Assembly: GCA_964016885.1 (NCBI GenBank)
Contig: OZ024742.1
Location: 22,320,001 to 22,384,000, forward strand
Reading direction: 5' to 3'
DNA length: 64,000 nucleotides
Origin: Eledone cirrhosa
Lineage: Eukaryota
Positions 15,001 to 27,639 of the stretch are shown in pieces (the stretch's first letter is position 1; each line of letters opens with the position of its first letter). The notes under the pieces are model-generated. The model searched no databases. It saw only the letters and a list, made by a program, of their open reading frames with translations, and was not told the DNA's origin. The position numbers were made by a program, and so were the translations under genes.

Positions 15001-18000
15001 CTATTGTCAGTTTTGGAAACCAATATTTCATATCTGGCCTGGTTCTATTGTCAGATTCGGAAACCAACATTTCATAACTAGCCTCGGTCTATTGTTAGTT
15101 TTGTAAAACAATATCTCATACCTAGCCTGGGTCTATTGTCGGTTTTGGAAACCTACATTTCATACCTAACCTGTCTCTATTGTCAATTTTGGAAACCTAC
15201 ATTTCATACCTAGCTTGGGTCCATTGCCAGTTTTGGAAACCAACATTACATACTTGGCCTTGGTCTATTGTCAGTTTTAGAAACCAACATTTCATACCTA
15301 GCCTGGGTCTATCGTCAGTTTTGGAGACCTACATTTCATACCTAGCCTGGGTCTATTGTCAGTTTGGGAAACCAACATTTCATACCTAGCCTAAGTCTAG
15401 TTTCAGTTTTGGAATCCAACATTTCATACCTAGCTTGGGTCTATTGTCAGTTTTGCAAACCAACATTTCATACCTAGCCTGGGTCTATCCTCAGATTTGG
15501 AAACCAACATTTCATACCTAGCCTGGGTATATTGTCAGTTTTTGAAACCAACATTTAATACCTAGCCTGGGTCTATTGTCAGTTTTGGAAACCAATATTT
15601 CATATCTGGCCTGGTTCTATTGTCAGATTCGGAAACCAACATTTCATAACTAGCCTCGGTCTATAGTTAGTTTTGTAAAACAATATCTCATACCTAGCCT
15701 GGGTCTATTGTCAGTTTTGGAAACCTACATTTCATACCTAACCTGTCTCTATTGTCAATTTTGGAAACCTACATTTCATACCTAACTTGGGTCCATTGCC
15801 AGTTTTGGAAACCAACATTACATACTTTGCCTTGGTCTATTGTCAGTTTTAGAAACCAACATTTCATACCTAGCCTGGGTCTATTGTCTATTTTTGAAAC
15901 CAACATTTCATACCTAGCCTGGGTCTATTGTCACTTTTGGAAAGCTACATTTCATACCTAGCCTGGATCTATTGTCAGTTTTGGAAACCAACATTTTCTA
16001 CCTAGCCTGGGTCTAGTATCAGTTTTGGAAACCTACTATTTATACCTAGCCTCGGTCTATTTTCAGTTGTGGAACCCTACATATCATACCAAGCCTGGAT
16101 CTATTATCAGTTTTGGAACGCTACATTCCAAACCAAGCCTGCGTCTATTATCAGTTTTGGGAACCTACATTTCATAACTAGCCTGGGTGTATTGTCAGTT
16201 TTGGAAACCAACATTTCATAACTAGCCGCGGTCTATTGTCAGTTTTTGAAACCAAAATTTCAATCATAGCCTTGAAAGCAGCATTTCATACCTAGCCTGG
16301 GTCTATTGTCAGTTTTGGAAACTTACATTTCATAACTAGCCTGGGTGTATTGTCAGTTTTGGAAACCTACATTTCATACCTAGCCTGGGTCTATTGTCAG
16401 TTTTGGAAACCAACATTTCATAACTAGCCGCGGTCTATTGTCAGTTTTTGAAACCAAAATTTCAATCATAGCCTTGGGCTATTGGGAGTTTTAGAAACCA
16501 GCATTTCATACCTAGCCTGGGTCTATTGTCAGTTTTGGAAACCAACATTTCATACCTAGCCTGGATCTATTGTCAGTTTTGGAAACCAACATTTCATAAC
16601 TAGCCTGGGTCTATTGTCAGTTTTGGAAACCAACATTTAAAACCTAGCCTGGGTCTATTGTCAGTTTTGGAAACCAACATTTCATACCTAGCCTGGGTCT
16701 ATTGAAAGTTTTGGAAACCAACATTTAAAACCTAGCCTGGGTCTATTGTCAGTTTTGGAAACCAACATTTCATACCTAGCCTGGGTCTATTGTCAGTTTT
16801 GGAAACCAACATTTCATACCTAGCCTGGGTCTATTGTCAGTTTTGGAAACCAACATTTAAAACCTAGCCTGGGTCTATTGTCAGTTTTGGAAACCAACAT
16901 TTCATACCTAGCCTGGGTCTATTGAAAGTTTTGGAAACCAACATTTAAAACCTAGCCTGGGTCTATTGTCAGTTTTGGAAACCAACATTTCATACCTAGC
17001 CTGGGTCTATTGTCAGTTTTGGAAACCAACATTTCATAACTAGCCTGGGTCTATTGAAAGTTTTGGAATCCAACATTTCATACCTAGCCTGGGTCTATTG
17101 TCAGTTTTGGAAACCAACATTTCATACCTAGCCTGGGTCTATTGTCAGTTTTGGAAACCAACATTTCATACCTAGCCTGGATCTATTGTCAGTTTTGGAA
17201 ACCAACATTTCATAACTAGCCTGGGTCTATTGTCAGTTTTGGAAACCAACATTTAAAACCTAGCCTGGGTCTATTGTCAGTCTTGGAAACCAACATTTCA
17301 TACCTAGCCTGGGTCTATTGTCAGTTTTGGAAACCAACATTTCATAACTAGCCTGGGTCTATTGAAAGTTTTGGAAACCAACATTTCATACCTAGCCTGG
17401 GTCTATTGTCAGTTTTGGAAACCAACATTTCATACCTAGCCTGGGTCTATTGTCAGTTTTGGAAACCAACATTTCATACCTAGCCTGGATCTATTGTCAG
17501 TTTTGGAAACCAACATTTCATAACTAGCCTGGGTCTATTGTCAGTTTTGGAAACCAACATTTAAAACCTAGCCTGGGTCTATTGTCAGTCTTGGAAACCA
17601 TCATTTCATACCTAGCCTGGGTCTATTGTCAGTTTTGGAAACCAACATTTCATAACTAGCCTGGGTCTATTGAAACTTTTGGAAACCAACATTTCATACC
17701 TAGCCTGGGTCTATCGTCAGTTTTGGAGACCTACATTTCATACCTAGCCTGGGTCTATTGCCAGTTTTGGAAACCAACATTTCATACCTAGCCTGGGTCT
17801 ATTGTCAGTTTTGGAAACCAACATTTCATACCTAGCCTGGATCTATAGTCAGTTTTGGAAACCAACATTTAATACCTAGCCTGGGTCTATTGTCAGTTTT
17901 GGAATCCAAATTTCATACCTAGCCTGGGTCTATTGTCAGTTTTGGAGACCTACTTTTAATACCTAGCCTGGGTCTATTGACTGTTTTGGAAACCCACATT

Positions 18001-18910
18001 TCATACCTAGCCTCGGTCCATTGGCAGTTTTGGAACCCTACATTTCATACCAAGCCTGGTTCTATTATCAGTTTTGGAACCCTACATTTCATACCAATCC
18101 TGGGTCTATTATCACTTTTGGAAACCTACATTTCATACCTAGCTTGGGTGTATTGTCAGTTTTGGAAACCAACATTTGATACCTAGCCTGGGTCTATTGT
18201 CAGTTTTGGAACCCTACATTTCATACCTAGCCTGGGACTATTGTCAGTTTTGGAAACCAACATTTCATACCTAGCCTGGGTCTATTATCAGTTTTGGAAA
18301 CCTACATTTCATACCTAGCCTGGGTCTATTGTCACTTTTAGAAACCTACATTTCATACCTAGCTTGGGTCTATTGTCTGTTTTGGAAACCTACATTTCGT
18401 ACCTATCCTGGGTCTATTGTCAGTTTTGGAAACCTACATTTCATACCTAGCCTGGGTATATTGTCAGTTTTGGAAACCTATATTTCACACCTGGTCTTTG
18501 CCTATTACCAACTTCAGGAACCTACATTTCACATCTTGTCTTTCCCTATTACCAGCTCTGAAAGCCTATATTTCACACCTCGCCTGGCCCTATTATCCAT
18601 TTTTGAGACCTACATTTCATATCTGTCCTGGGTCTATTATCAGTTTTGGAGACCTACATTTCATATCTCTCCTGGGCCTACTACCAGCTTTGTGGCTTTA
18701 CATTTCACACCTGTTCTAGGTTTATTACCAGCTTTGGAAACCTACATTTCATCGCTGGACTCAGCTTATTACCAGCTTTGAATACCTAAATTTCACAACT
18801 GACCTGTGTTTATTTCCAGTTTGCTACTCAGGGAATGTTACCTACTTTGGGCCTCCATAGTTCTCATCTAGTTTTAGTAGAACTAGTAGAAGCTACATTT
18901 CATATCTAAC
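1..18910. repeat. 44-bp satellite DNA array, consensus CTATTGTCAGTTTTGGAAACCAACATTTCATACCTAGCCTGGGT (~430 monomers)
   Basis: Uninterrupted head-to-tail 44-bp monomers. They are homogeneous to ~11 kb, more divergent after that, and degenerate at 18480-18910. The array is truncated by the window start. Confidence 0.98.
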
Positions 18911-19365
18911 ATGGAACAAACTACCTGCATCAGTTGTTACCTGTCGAGACACTGCATCCTTTAAAAACCCCATGCTTCCTGAGATTCACCAACACTATAA
19001 CTGATATCCCCCCTCCATACACACGCGCACATGTATTTCATGACTCGCACACTTTTCATTTTTCTGACATTTGTACATTATTCTATGTACTCTAAGACGG
19101 TGGATTGGCAGTATCGGTAGCGGGTCTGACACCATGCTTTATGGCAAATAGTTATGGCCCTTTATGGTCTGAGTTCAAATCCATCCGAAGTTAACTTTGC
19201 CTTTCATCCTTACGGGGTCGATAAAATAAAGTACCAGTAATGCACTGGAATAATTGCTGGCCTTGTGCCAAAAGTAGTAACAATTATTCTATGTACTATA
19301 CATGCACCTTTGATGAGTTGTAGTGCACCTGAGCATTGTACACATTAATTTCATTATTATTGTTA
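18911..19365 (+). mobile_element. 3' end fragment of CR1-like LINE (same family as 40868-44430), interrupted by a SINE
   Basis: Encodes WNKLPASVVTCRDTASFKNPMLPEIHQHYN*, matching WNKLPASIVSCRDTASFKTLMLPEIRQNYT* of the minus-strand LINE near 41033-41125. The 3' UTR and (TTA)n-like tail also match. Confidence 0.9.
19092..19282 (+). mobile_element. tRNA-derived SINE (MetaSINE-like central domain) with 15-bp target-site duplication
   Basis: A-box-like TGGCAGTATCGG, B-box GAGTTCAAATCC, core GCCTTTCATCCTTACGGGGTCGATAAAATAAAGTACCAG. Flanked by ATTATTCTATGTACT at 19077-19091 and 19283-19297. Second copy at 49029-49210. Confidence 0.88.
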
Positions 19366-19492
19366 TAACCAGGGCTAATACACAGCTTAGAACTGGGGGC
19401 TATATTTCATCCCTCACCTTAGCCTGTTATCAGATGGGGGCTTAAGTTTCACTTATAGTCTGAGCCTTGTATAGACTTGTATATATCAACAG

Positions 19493-19562
19493 ATGAACAG
19501 CAAAGGAATGAGAGGGAAATGTGGAATCCTGATGAGGTCAGAAGTGAAATTATAGAACACAG
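19493..19562 (+). CDS. Candidate 70-bp internal exon of an unidentified host gene ((D)EQQRNEREMWNPDEVRSEIIEH(R))
   Basis: CAACAG acceptor and AG|GTTAAA donor around an open frame in non-repetitive sequence. Ends in phase 2, compatible with the candidate exon at 21503-21542. Confidence 0.35.
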
Positions 19563-19649
19563 GTTAAACACACTAAGTGATATATATTCTAGTTTGGGTA
19601 ACATTTTTGTCAACCTGTTGGCCTATTTTACAAAGTTGTTATTATCTAC

Positions 19650-19665
19650 AAGTGTGTGTGTGTGA

Positions 19666-19764
<99 letters not shown>

Positions 19765-19945
19765 TACATATATATACGTATATATATACATATATATACG
19801 TATATATATATACATATATATACATATATATATACATATATATATACATATATATATATACATATATATATATACATATATATATATACATATATATATA
19901 TATACATATATATATATACATATATATATACTTATATATATATAC

Positions 19946-19976
<31 letters not shown>

Positions 19977-19980
19977 CATC

Positions 19981-20062
<82 letters not shown>

Positions 20063-20068
20063 CATATT

Positions 20069-20100
<32 letters not shown>

Positions 20101-20434
20101 TATGAATAAATCTTTTATCAATGACTTTTCATTCACTTGTAGATGATGTTGTATCTTTATGAAGACCTCAATTATTTCCACTTTTCATAACATCGAATAA
20201 CATAAAAGTTATTCTAGAAAGCAAAAATTAATAAAAGGAAAGCCAGCAGTGATCAATGATAACTTTTGAAATAGGTTAATAGATAAAATTTATCTAAATG
20301 GAATGTACAATGAAAGAAATATTATACAATAGGAGCAACATTGCAGAATGGAACAGAAATACAAATAATGAAGCTTAGGGTATTGTACACACACATGTAT
20401 GTGTGTCTCTATGTATGTATGTATGTACACACAG

Positions 20435-20514
<80 letters not shown>

Positions 20515-20548
20515 TATATATATATATATCTATCTATCTCATATATAT

Positions 20549-20586
<38 letters not shown>

Positions 20587-20641
20587 ATATATATCATATA
20601 TATATATATATATCACATATATATCATATATATATATATAT

Positions 20642-20740
<99 letters not shown>

Positions 20741-20771
20741 ATATATATATACATATGTCATTGACTTCTCA

Positions 20772-20811
<40 letters not shown>

Positions 20812-20841
20812 ATTGACTTCTCATCTCTCTCTCTCTATCTA

Positions 20842-20917
<76 letters not shown>

Positions 20918-20973
20918 TATATATACATCTATTTTTACATATATATATATATATTTTTTGTATATATATATAC

Positions 20974-21038
<65 letters not shown>

Positions 21039-21117
21039 AATATATATATACACATAAATATCTATATATATATATAAACATATCTATATACATATAAATA
21101 TATATATATATATACAC

Positions 21118-21154
<37 letters not shown>

Positions 21155-21330
21155 AATATATATATATATATATAAAAATGTATATATACATATAAATATA
21201 TATATAAAAATGTATATATACATATAAATATATATATAAAAATGTATATATACATATAAATATATATATAAACATGTATATATACATATAATATATATAC
21301 ATATAAATATATATATATATATGTCTCGAT

Positions 21331-21362
<32 letters not shown>

Positions 21363-21370
21363 TTTTATAT
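19650..21370. repeat. Compound (TA)n/(CA)n microsatellite tracts with a short unique spacer
   Basis: Direct inspection. Confidence 0.95.
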
Positions 21371-21502
21371 ACCCATGAATATATACAAAAACTCACAAAC
21401 AACATTGAATACTGTAATTATGTAACTACGTATGTAGACAAATATTATAAGAACACATATGAAAGAATTTCGTATAATGATTGCAAAACATGATTTTTAA
21501 AG

Positions 21503-21542
21503 ACCTCATCTTGTTGTTGATGGTCAAACAACAGCAGAACAA
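21503..21542 (+). CDS. Candidate 40-bp internal exon ((R)PHLVVDGQTTAEQ)
   Basis: TTTTTAAAG acceptor and strong AA|GTAAGT donor. Phase 2 start and phase 0 end; joins in frame to 19493-19562. Confidence 0.35.
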
Positions 21543-22060
21543 GTAAGTAATTATTACCTCTATCTTGTCATAACTGTTGTTTTGTTAGTTCAGTCTTCCA
21601 AGTTGTAAACAGATACCATCTGTTACTATACAGTTCATTCTTTTCCTTTGGCAGTCAACATTTATTCCACCCTATAATTTAGTAGTGTGTCACAATAAAA
21701 TGCTGCTAGTACACACCTCAAAATTCTTGGCATTAAGAAGGGCATCCATATATACAAATTGAGTCCAAAGCAGAGCATCGTCACCTCATCGGTCATGTAA
21801 CTGTACTATTCTAAGCTGAAGGCTCATCAGGCCATTTGACATCCAGTCTCCCTGTTAGCAAGCTTTGGACGAGTTTTCACAGACCAAGTCTGTACTTAAT
21901 TGGCGCTCCAGTCCTTGATATTTTTCATAGCATCAACCTGCTATGGATCAACCCTTTTAATCCTAGCTTCATTTTGGGGCTTCAGGGCTCTCCTTTTTAC
22001 CATAAGAGCAATATGCACTTCTCAGGCCTCCATAAACTAAGATATGCGAGATATCAGTAA

Positions 22061-22391
22061 AAGGTAAAGACAACCTTCGGTCTCAAATAACCATGTGATT
22101 TGCATCTAGAGAGTTGCCCTCAGAGGCACAGGTCCAGGCAAGGTTGTATGTGGAAGACTAGCAGTCACCCATACATCTCAGTCCCCCCTCTCTCCACGTC
22201 ACCGATGTTGTTCAAGAGAAAGGTAATGGCCGATACAGCTTGGCACCAGTGATGTCGCAACTCATTTCTACAGCTGAGTAAACTGGAGCAATGTGAAATA
22301 AAATGTCTTGCCCAAGTACACAACGCAAAGCCCAGTCCGAGAATGGAACTCCCAACCTCACGATTGTAACCTTGATTCTAACCACTTAGCC
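22061..22391 (-). mobile_element. tRNA-derived SINE (second family; CORE/V-like central region)
   Basis: Minus strand begins with a tRNA-like head GGCTAAGTGGTTAGAATC...GGGAGTTCCATTCTC, followed by GTACTTGGGCAAGACATTTTATTTCACATTGCTCCAGT and a LINE-like 3' tail. Length ~330 bp. Confidence 0.75.
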
Positions 22392-22456
22392 TTCTATAGT
22401 TATAGAGATATATACATATACAAACACAGAGATACAGAAACAGAAATGCGGATTAG

Positions 22457-22690
<234 letters not shown>

Positions 22691-22810
22691 TGGATATGAT
22701 TCCAGTTCCTCAGTGAAATAACAACCCAACCAGGAACTGGGTATATCAGAGTATTGACAACATTATACAACTCAACAACACATGTACTTGTCTATACCAC
22801 ACTAATTCGG

Positions 22811-22865
22811 ACTGCCTGAAGAGGTCACAGTCAAAGATGGCTGTCACCGAAATATATATAGCAGT
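22811..22865 (+). ncRNA. Minimal type-I hammerhead ribozyme (Penelope pLTR-type)
   Basis: Helix I ACUGC/GCAGU; core CUGAAGA; helix II GGUcACAGUC-aaagau-GGCUGUcACC; GAAA; helix III closed by palindromic AUAU; cleavage triplet AUA (after 22860). AATAAA follows immediately. Confidence 0.85.
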
Positions 22866-23089
22866 AATAAACGAAGGTAAATTTTAAAAATTTGACTTAT
22901 TTAATTTACTTTATTTTATATATATATATATATAAAAATTAGAATTGGAGCTCTGAAATAGCAATATATATATGGATGTATATATAATGCATTTTGCAAT
23001 ACACTTTATGCTTAATTAAAAGCATTTTGAAGACCGTAAGCTGTTGTTTTAAAGTAGTGACAAATTCACTTACTTTGATCTCAGCAAAC

Positions 23090-23154
23090 AGGGGAGATAA
23101 ACCGACAAGGCCCTGTTTCGCTTTGGTTGAAGCTTATCAAGGCCAACTACCCCT
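23090..23154 (-). ncRNA. Type-I hammerhead ribozyme, U3-A8 core variant (minus-strand copy)
   Basis: GGCC-UUGAUAA-GCUU caacca AAGC-GAAA-C agggccuu G-UC-GGUU; helix I has two G-U pairs. Confidence 0.7.
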
Positions 23155-23470
23155 CCTGTCTACCGAGATCACTGATGTTATATTCTTATAGAAATCTAGT
23201 AAATAATCAGGAGCTGATTATGCAGAGCGGTTGTTGGTCAGGCAGAAATTAAAAATTAGAATTGGAGCTCTGAAATAGCAATATATATATGGATGTATAT
23301 ATAATGTATTTTGCAATACACTTTATGCTTAATTAAAAGCATTTTGCTATTTCAGAGCTCCAATTCTAATTTTTAATTTCTGCCTGACCAACAACCGCTC
23401 TGCATAATCAGCTCCTGATTATTTACTAGATTTCTATAAGAATATAACATCAGTGATCTCGGTAGACAGG

Positions 23471-23535
23471 AGGGGTAGTTAGCCTTGATAAGCTTCAACC
23501 AAAGCGAAACAGGGCCTTGTCGGCTTATCTCCCCT
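23471..23535 (+). ncRNA. Type-I hammerhead ribozyme, U3-A8 core variant
   Basis: Helix I AGCC/GGCU extended by AGGGG/CCCCU; core UUGAUAA; helix II GCUU/AAGC; GAAA; helix III with self-complementary loop AGGGCCUU; GUC cleavage site after 23521. Confidence 0.75.
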
Positions 23536-23727
23536 GTTTGCTGAGATCAAAGTAAGTGAATTTGTCACTACTTTAAAACAATAGCTTACGGTCTTCAAAA
23601 TGCTTTTAATTAAGCATAAAGTGTATTGCAAAATACATTATATATACATCCATATATATATTGCTATTTCAGAGCTCCAATTCTAATTTTTAATTTCTGC
23701 CTGACCAACAACCGTTATATATATATA

Positions 23728-23915
23728 ACGAAGAGAATGTGGTAAGGAACCAGGTGGACCATAACGCACCGGAGTACTCGATGCTATGGGTAGTAGAGTG
23801 GGTAATAGGAAAAGAGTCAGGACCCCGACGACTGAGCTCCGGCCGTTTTTCGACAGCAAGTTCAGAACTAGCTGTCGAAACGGCCGGAACTCAGCCGTCG
23901 GGGTCCTGACTCTTT

Positions 23916-23918
<3 letters not shown>
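23728..23918. mobile_element. Short fold-back element (probable Penelope pLTR remnant) with ~53-bp inverted arms at 23810-23916
   Basis: Near-perfect hairpin. The unique leader GTGGTAAGGAACCAGGTGGACCATAACGCACC is shared with the element at 35866-36060. Embedded in (TA)n. Confidence 0.75.
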
Positions 23919-24001
<83 letters not shown>

Positions 24002-24076
24002 TAATGTATGTCCATAGAATCATTTGATAAAATATATACACCATTTACTCTCCCAAATAGCATAATCAACCACATA

Positions 24077-24130
<54 letters not shown>

Positions 24131-24134
<4 letters not shown>

Positions 24135-24642
24135 GAATAATCGAGTATCGAAAAATCGGCGCACGAGTTCACGATAAACAAAATTCGAGATGAGCGGCAG
24201 AGGGCTCTATAATTCAAATAAATTAGAGCTATAACTATCGTTAAATACCGTCACACGTAGAATATGTCTACAATCAACCAAATAACCGATAAGTTCGATA
24301 TGGAAGATTCGGGACACTCAGATAAATTATCAATAAATCAATAAATGAAATGAATGTAAAATGCATACCCGGACCCACTAGAGAGATGGAATATCTAGCT
24401 TCTTGGGTTTCTGTAAATCCTTAAACCGTCATCTATCAGCTCATATAAAAATATAAGACTTACAGACGGCGGGGGACTGGAGTTACTTCATCAACGAGCT
24501 TCGTCCGAATGGATGGAAAGACAAGACCCAGGCTAAAAATACGCACATGGATTTCAGCAAGGGAGATAACCTTTATATCCGCAAAAATATTCGGAAAAGT
24601 GTGGCAAAAACACATATCGAATAAGAGTGCTCAATAGACATG
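24131..24642. repeat. ~510-bp dispersed repeat, copy 1 (unclassified, possibly PLE pLTR-derived)
   Basis: Colinear diverged copy at 26138-26655 with the same boundaries; both lie in (TA)n tracts. Confidence 0.85.
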
Positions 24643-24644
24643 AT

Positions 24645-24676
<32 letters not shown>

Positions 24677-24782
24677 ATAGATGTATATACACATGTATAT
24701 ATATACATGTATATATATATATATACATGTATATATATATATACAAGTATATATATATACATGTATATATATATATACACAC

Positions 24783-24824
<42 letters not shown>

Positions 24825-24834
24825 TATATAAATA

Positions 24835-24925
<91 letters not shown>

Positions 24926-24935
24926 TATATAAATA

Positions 24936-24969
<34 letters not shown>

Positions 24970-24993
24970 TGTATATCTATATATATATATATA

Positions 24994-25034
<41 letters not shown>

Positions 25035-25068
25035 GTATATATATATATATATAGATGTATATATATAC

Positions 25069-26012
25069 GGACGGTTCATTAACCGAAAACCCCCAAGAGA
25101 TATGGGCGGAAGAAAACAACATGCAGTTTAATGCTGGCAAATTCCAAGCCCTACAATACAAACCTCCAAACAAACCTGCAAACACAAATATAGTACGACA
25201 CAACTACACAGGACCAGGAGGGACCGATATCCGCGTGTCAAAATCGATACGAGACCTGGGCATAGACATTAGCGATGATGCATCTTTTTCTTCACACATC
25301 ATGAAAGTGGCGACAATGTGAAGACGACTTGCTGGCTGGATCTTGAGGACTTTCCGGACAAGAGATCGAGACACCATGTTGACACTATGGAGGACATTTG
25401 TCCTAAGCCGCCTGGACTACTGGTCCCAGTTGTGGTCACCCCATAGTGTCGAACAAACCACGGAGCTTGAGGCAATCCAGCGAAGCTACACCAAGAGGAT
25501 TGCCACGATGAAGGAGACAAGCTACTGGGAGAGGCTAAAGGAACTGAACCTCTACTCCTTGGAACGAAGACGGGAGAGATATGCAGTGATATACGTGTGG
25601 AAAATCCTGGAGGGACTAGCACCAAACTTTGGCATTGGGAGCTGGACCAACCGTCGAACAGGACGTCAGTGTGTGGTGCCAAAAGTCCCGTCTTCCACGT
25701 CTAGAATAAGGAGCAAGTATTGCAATAGCCTGGGATTCAAGGGACCTCAACTCTTCAACAGACTGCCGAGGGATCTGAGAGATTTGCATGACGTGGAGGT
25801 GGATGTCTTCAAGAAACATCTCGACACCTTGTTATCCAGGATCCCGGATGAGCCCACAGCAAGGCACGAGGGAAACCTAAGGGCAGCAGCAACAAACTCC
25901 CTCTTACACCAGTGGCCAACCTATACAGGCTGGAGATAAAATGTGTAGCAACAAGGGCGGTGCCCCAGCATGGCCTCAGCCGGTTGGCTGAAACAGGTAA
26001 AAGAGTAAAAGA
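25069..26012 (+). mobile_element. 5'-truncated LINE (CR1/L2 group) RT C-terminus and 3' UTR
   Basis: [11 protein letters not shown]...IRDLGIDIS...LSRLDYWSQLWSP...[12 protein letters not shown]...[19 protein letters not shown]. One in-frame stop at ~25319. (GTAAAAGA)n tail. Confidence 0.92.
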
Positions 26013-26069
26013 ATATATATATATATATAGATGTATATATATATATACATATATATATAGATGTATATA

Positions 26070-26137
<68 letters not shown>

Positions 26138-26141
<4 letters not shown>

Positions 26142-26655
26142 GAATAATCGAGTATCGGAAAATCGGCGCACGAGTTCACGATAAACAAAATTCGATATGA
26201 GCGGCAGAGGGCTCAATAATTTAGATAAATCAGAACTATAACTATCGTTAAAATACCGTCACACATAGAACAAGTCTATAATCAACCATACGACCGAAAA
26301 ATTGCGATCTGGAAGATTCGGGACACTCAGATAAAAAAAAATCAATAAATCAATAAATCAAATGAATGTAAAAAGCATACCCGGACCCGCTAGAAAGATA
26401 GTAAATCTAGCTTCTTGGGTTTCTGTAAATCCTTAAACTGTCCTCTATCAGCTCACATAAAAATATATAAGACTTCTAGATACCAGCGGACGGGAATTTA
26501 CTTCCTCAACGAGCTTTGTCCAAACGAATGAAAAGGCATAACCCAGGTTAAATACGCACATGGAATTCAGCAAGGGAGATAACCTCTATATCCGCGAAAA
26601 ATATTCGGGAAAATGTGGAAATACACATATCGAATAAGAGTGCTCAATAGACATG
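26138..26655. repeat. ~515-bp dispersed repeat, copy 2
   Basis: Aligns end to end with 24131-24642. Confidence 0.85.
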
Positions 26656-26674
26656 TTAAAATATATATATATAT

Positions 26675-26856
26675 ATTAGAAATTAGAAATTATAAGCTTT
26701 CACCGTATTTTAGACTAAAGAAATTTCTAGCCTGATAAAGGTTTCTAGCCGGAGAAATGGAAAAAGATGAGTGTTGCCGTACATGTTGCTCCCATGTACG
26801 GCAACACTCACCTTTTTCTACAATACGGTGAAAGCTTATAATTCCTAATTTCTAAT
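26675..26856. repeat. Nested fold-back: outer ~40-bp inverted arms plus inner 26-bp hairpin
   Basis: 26675-26714 is inverted at 26817-26856. GAAAAAGATGAGTGTTGCCGTACATG (26760-26785) is inverted at 26793-26818. Confidence 0.85.
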
Positions 26857-26913
26857 TTCAAACTCGCGCACCGTTTCAAAAACATACTTGCATGTTTACG
26901 TTTATAATTTGCT

Positions 26914-26986
<73 letters not shown>

Positions 26987-27036
26987 AATATGGATATATA
27001 TAGAGAGAGAGAGATGTATATATATATATATATATA

Positions 27037-27100
<64 letters not shown>

Positions 27101-27292
27101 TAAACGGAATAGAAAATGCTGACAAATTGTTCACAGTTGAAAAATGGTTTAATTAGGAATAAAAGAGTATTAGTGATTGTATGGGTTAGTATTCAGTTGT
27201 GGTTTTAAGTTTTTAAGTTTTTACCGGTTGCGCATTTCTAAATGCTTTTCAAAAATAATTTTGAGATAGAGTGTCCGTGCTGTTTGCTCTGA

Positions 27293-27410
<118 letters not shown>

Positions 27411-27419
27411 TATAGATGT

Positions 27420-27566
<147 letters not shown>

Positions 27567-27590
27567 TGTATATATATATATATATATATA

Positions 27591-27636
<46 letters not shown>

Positions 27637-27639
<3 letters not shown>

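Larger units (their letters stand above)
22934..23714. mobile_element. Penelope-like pseudo-LTR array: 317-bp unit in partial tandem plus inverted copy
   Basis: The unit start repeats at 22934 and 23251. Arm 22934-23281 is inverted at 23344-23714 with near identity. Each arm holds a hammerhead motif and the structure is flanked by (TA)n. Confidence 0.8.

Noticed and set aside
1-18781. Many 66-150 aa ORFs (MSVLETNISYLAW...)
   Set aside because: Translations of the 44-bp satellite. The unit is not a multiple of 3, and the consensus hits a TAG stop every 132 bp on both strands.
24395-24455. CTGATAGA...GAAA on the minus strand of the 510-bp repeat
   Set aside because: The core has an extra base, with no convincing helix II, helix III or cleavage triplet.
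24131-26655. LTR retrotransposon (direct repeats flanking an RT fragment)
   Set aside because: The internal RT is a non-LTR LINE 3' end with its own tail. The repeats are diverged, lack TG..CA ends and are separated from it by microsatellites.
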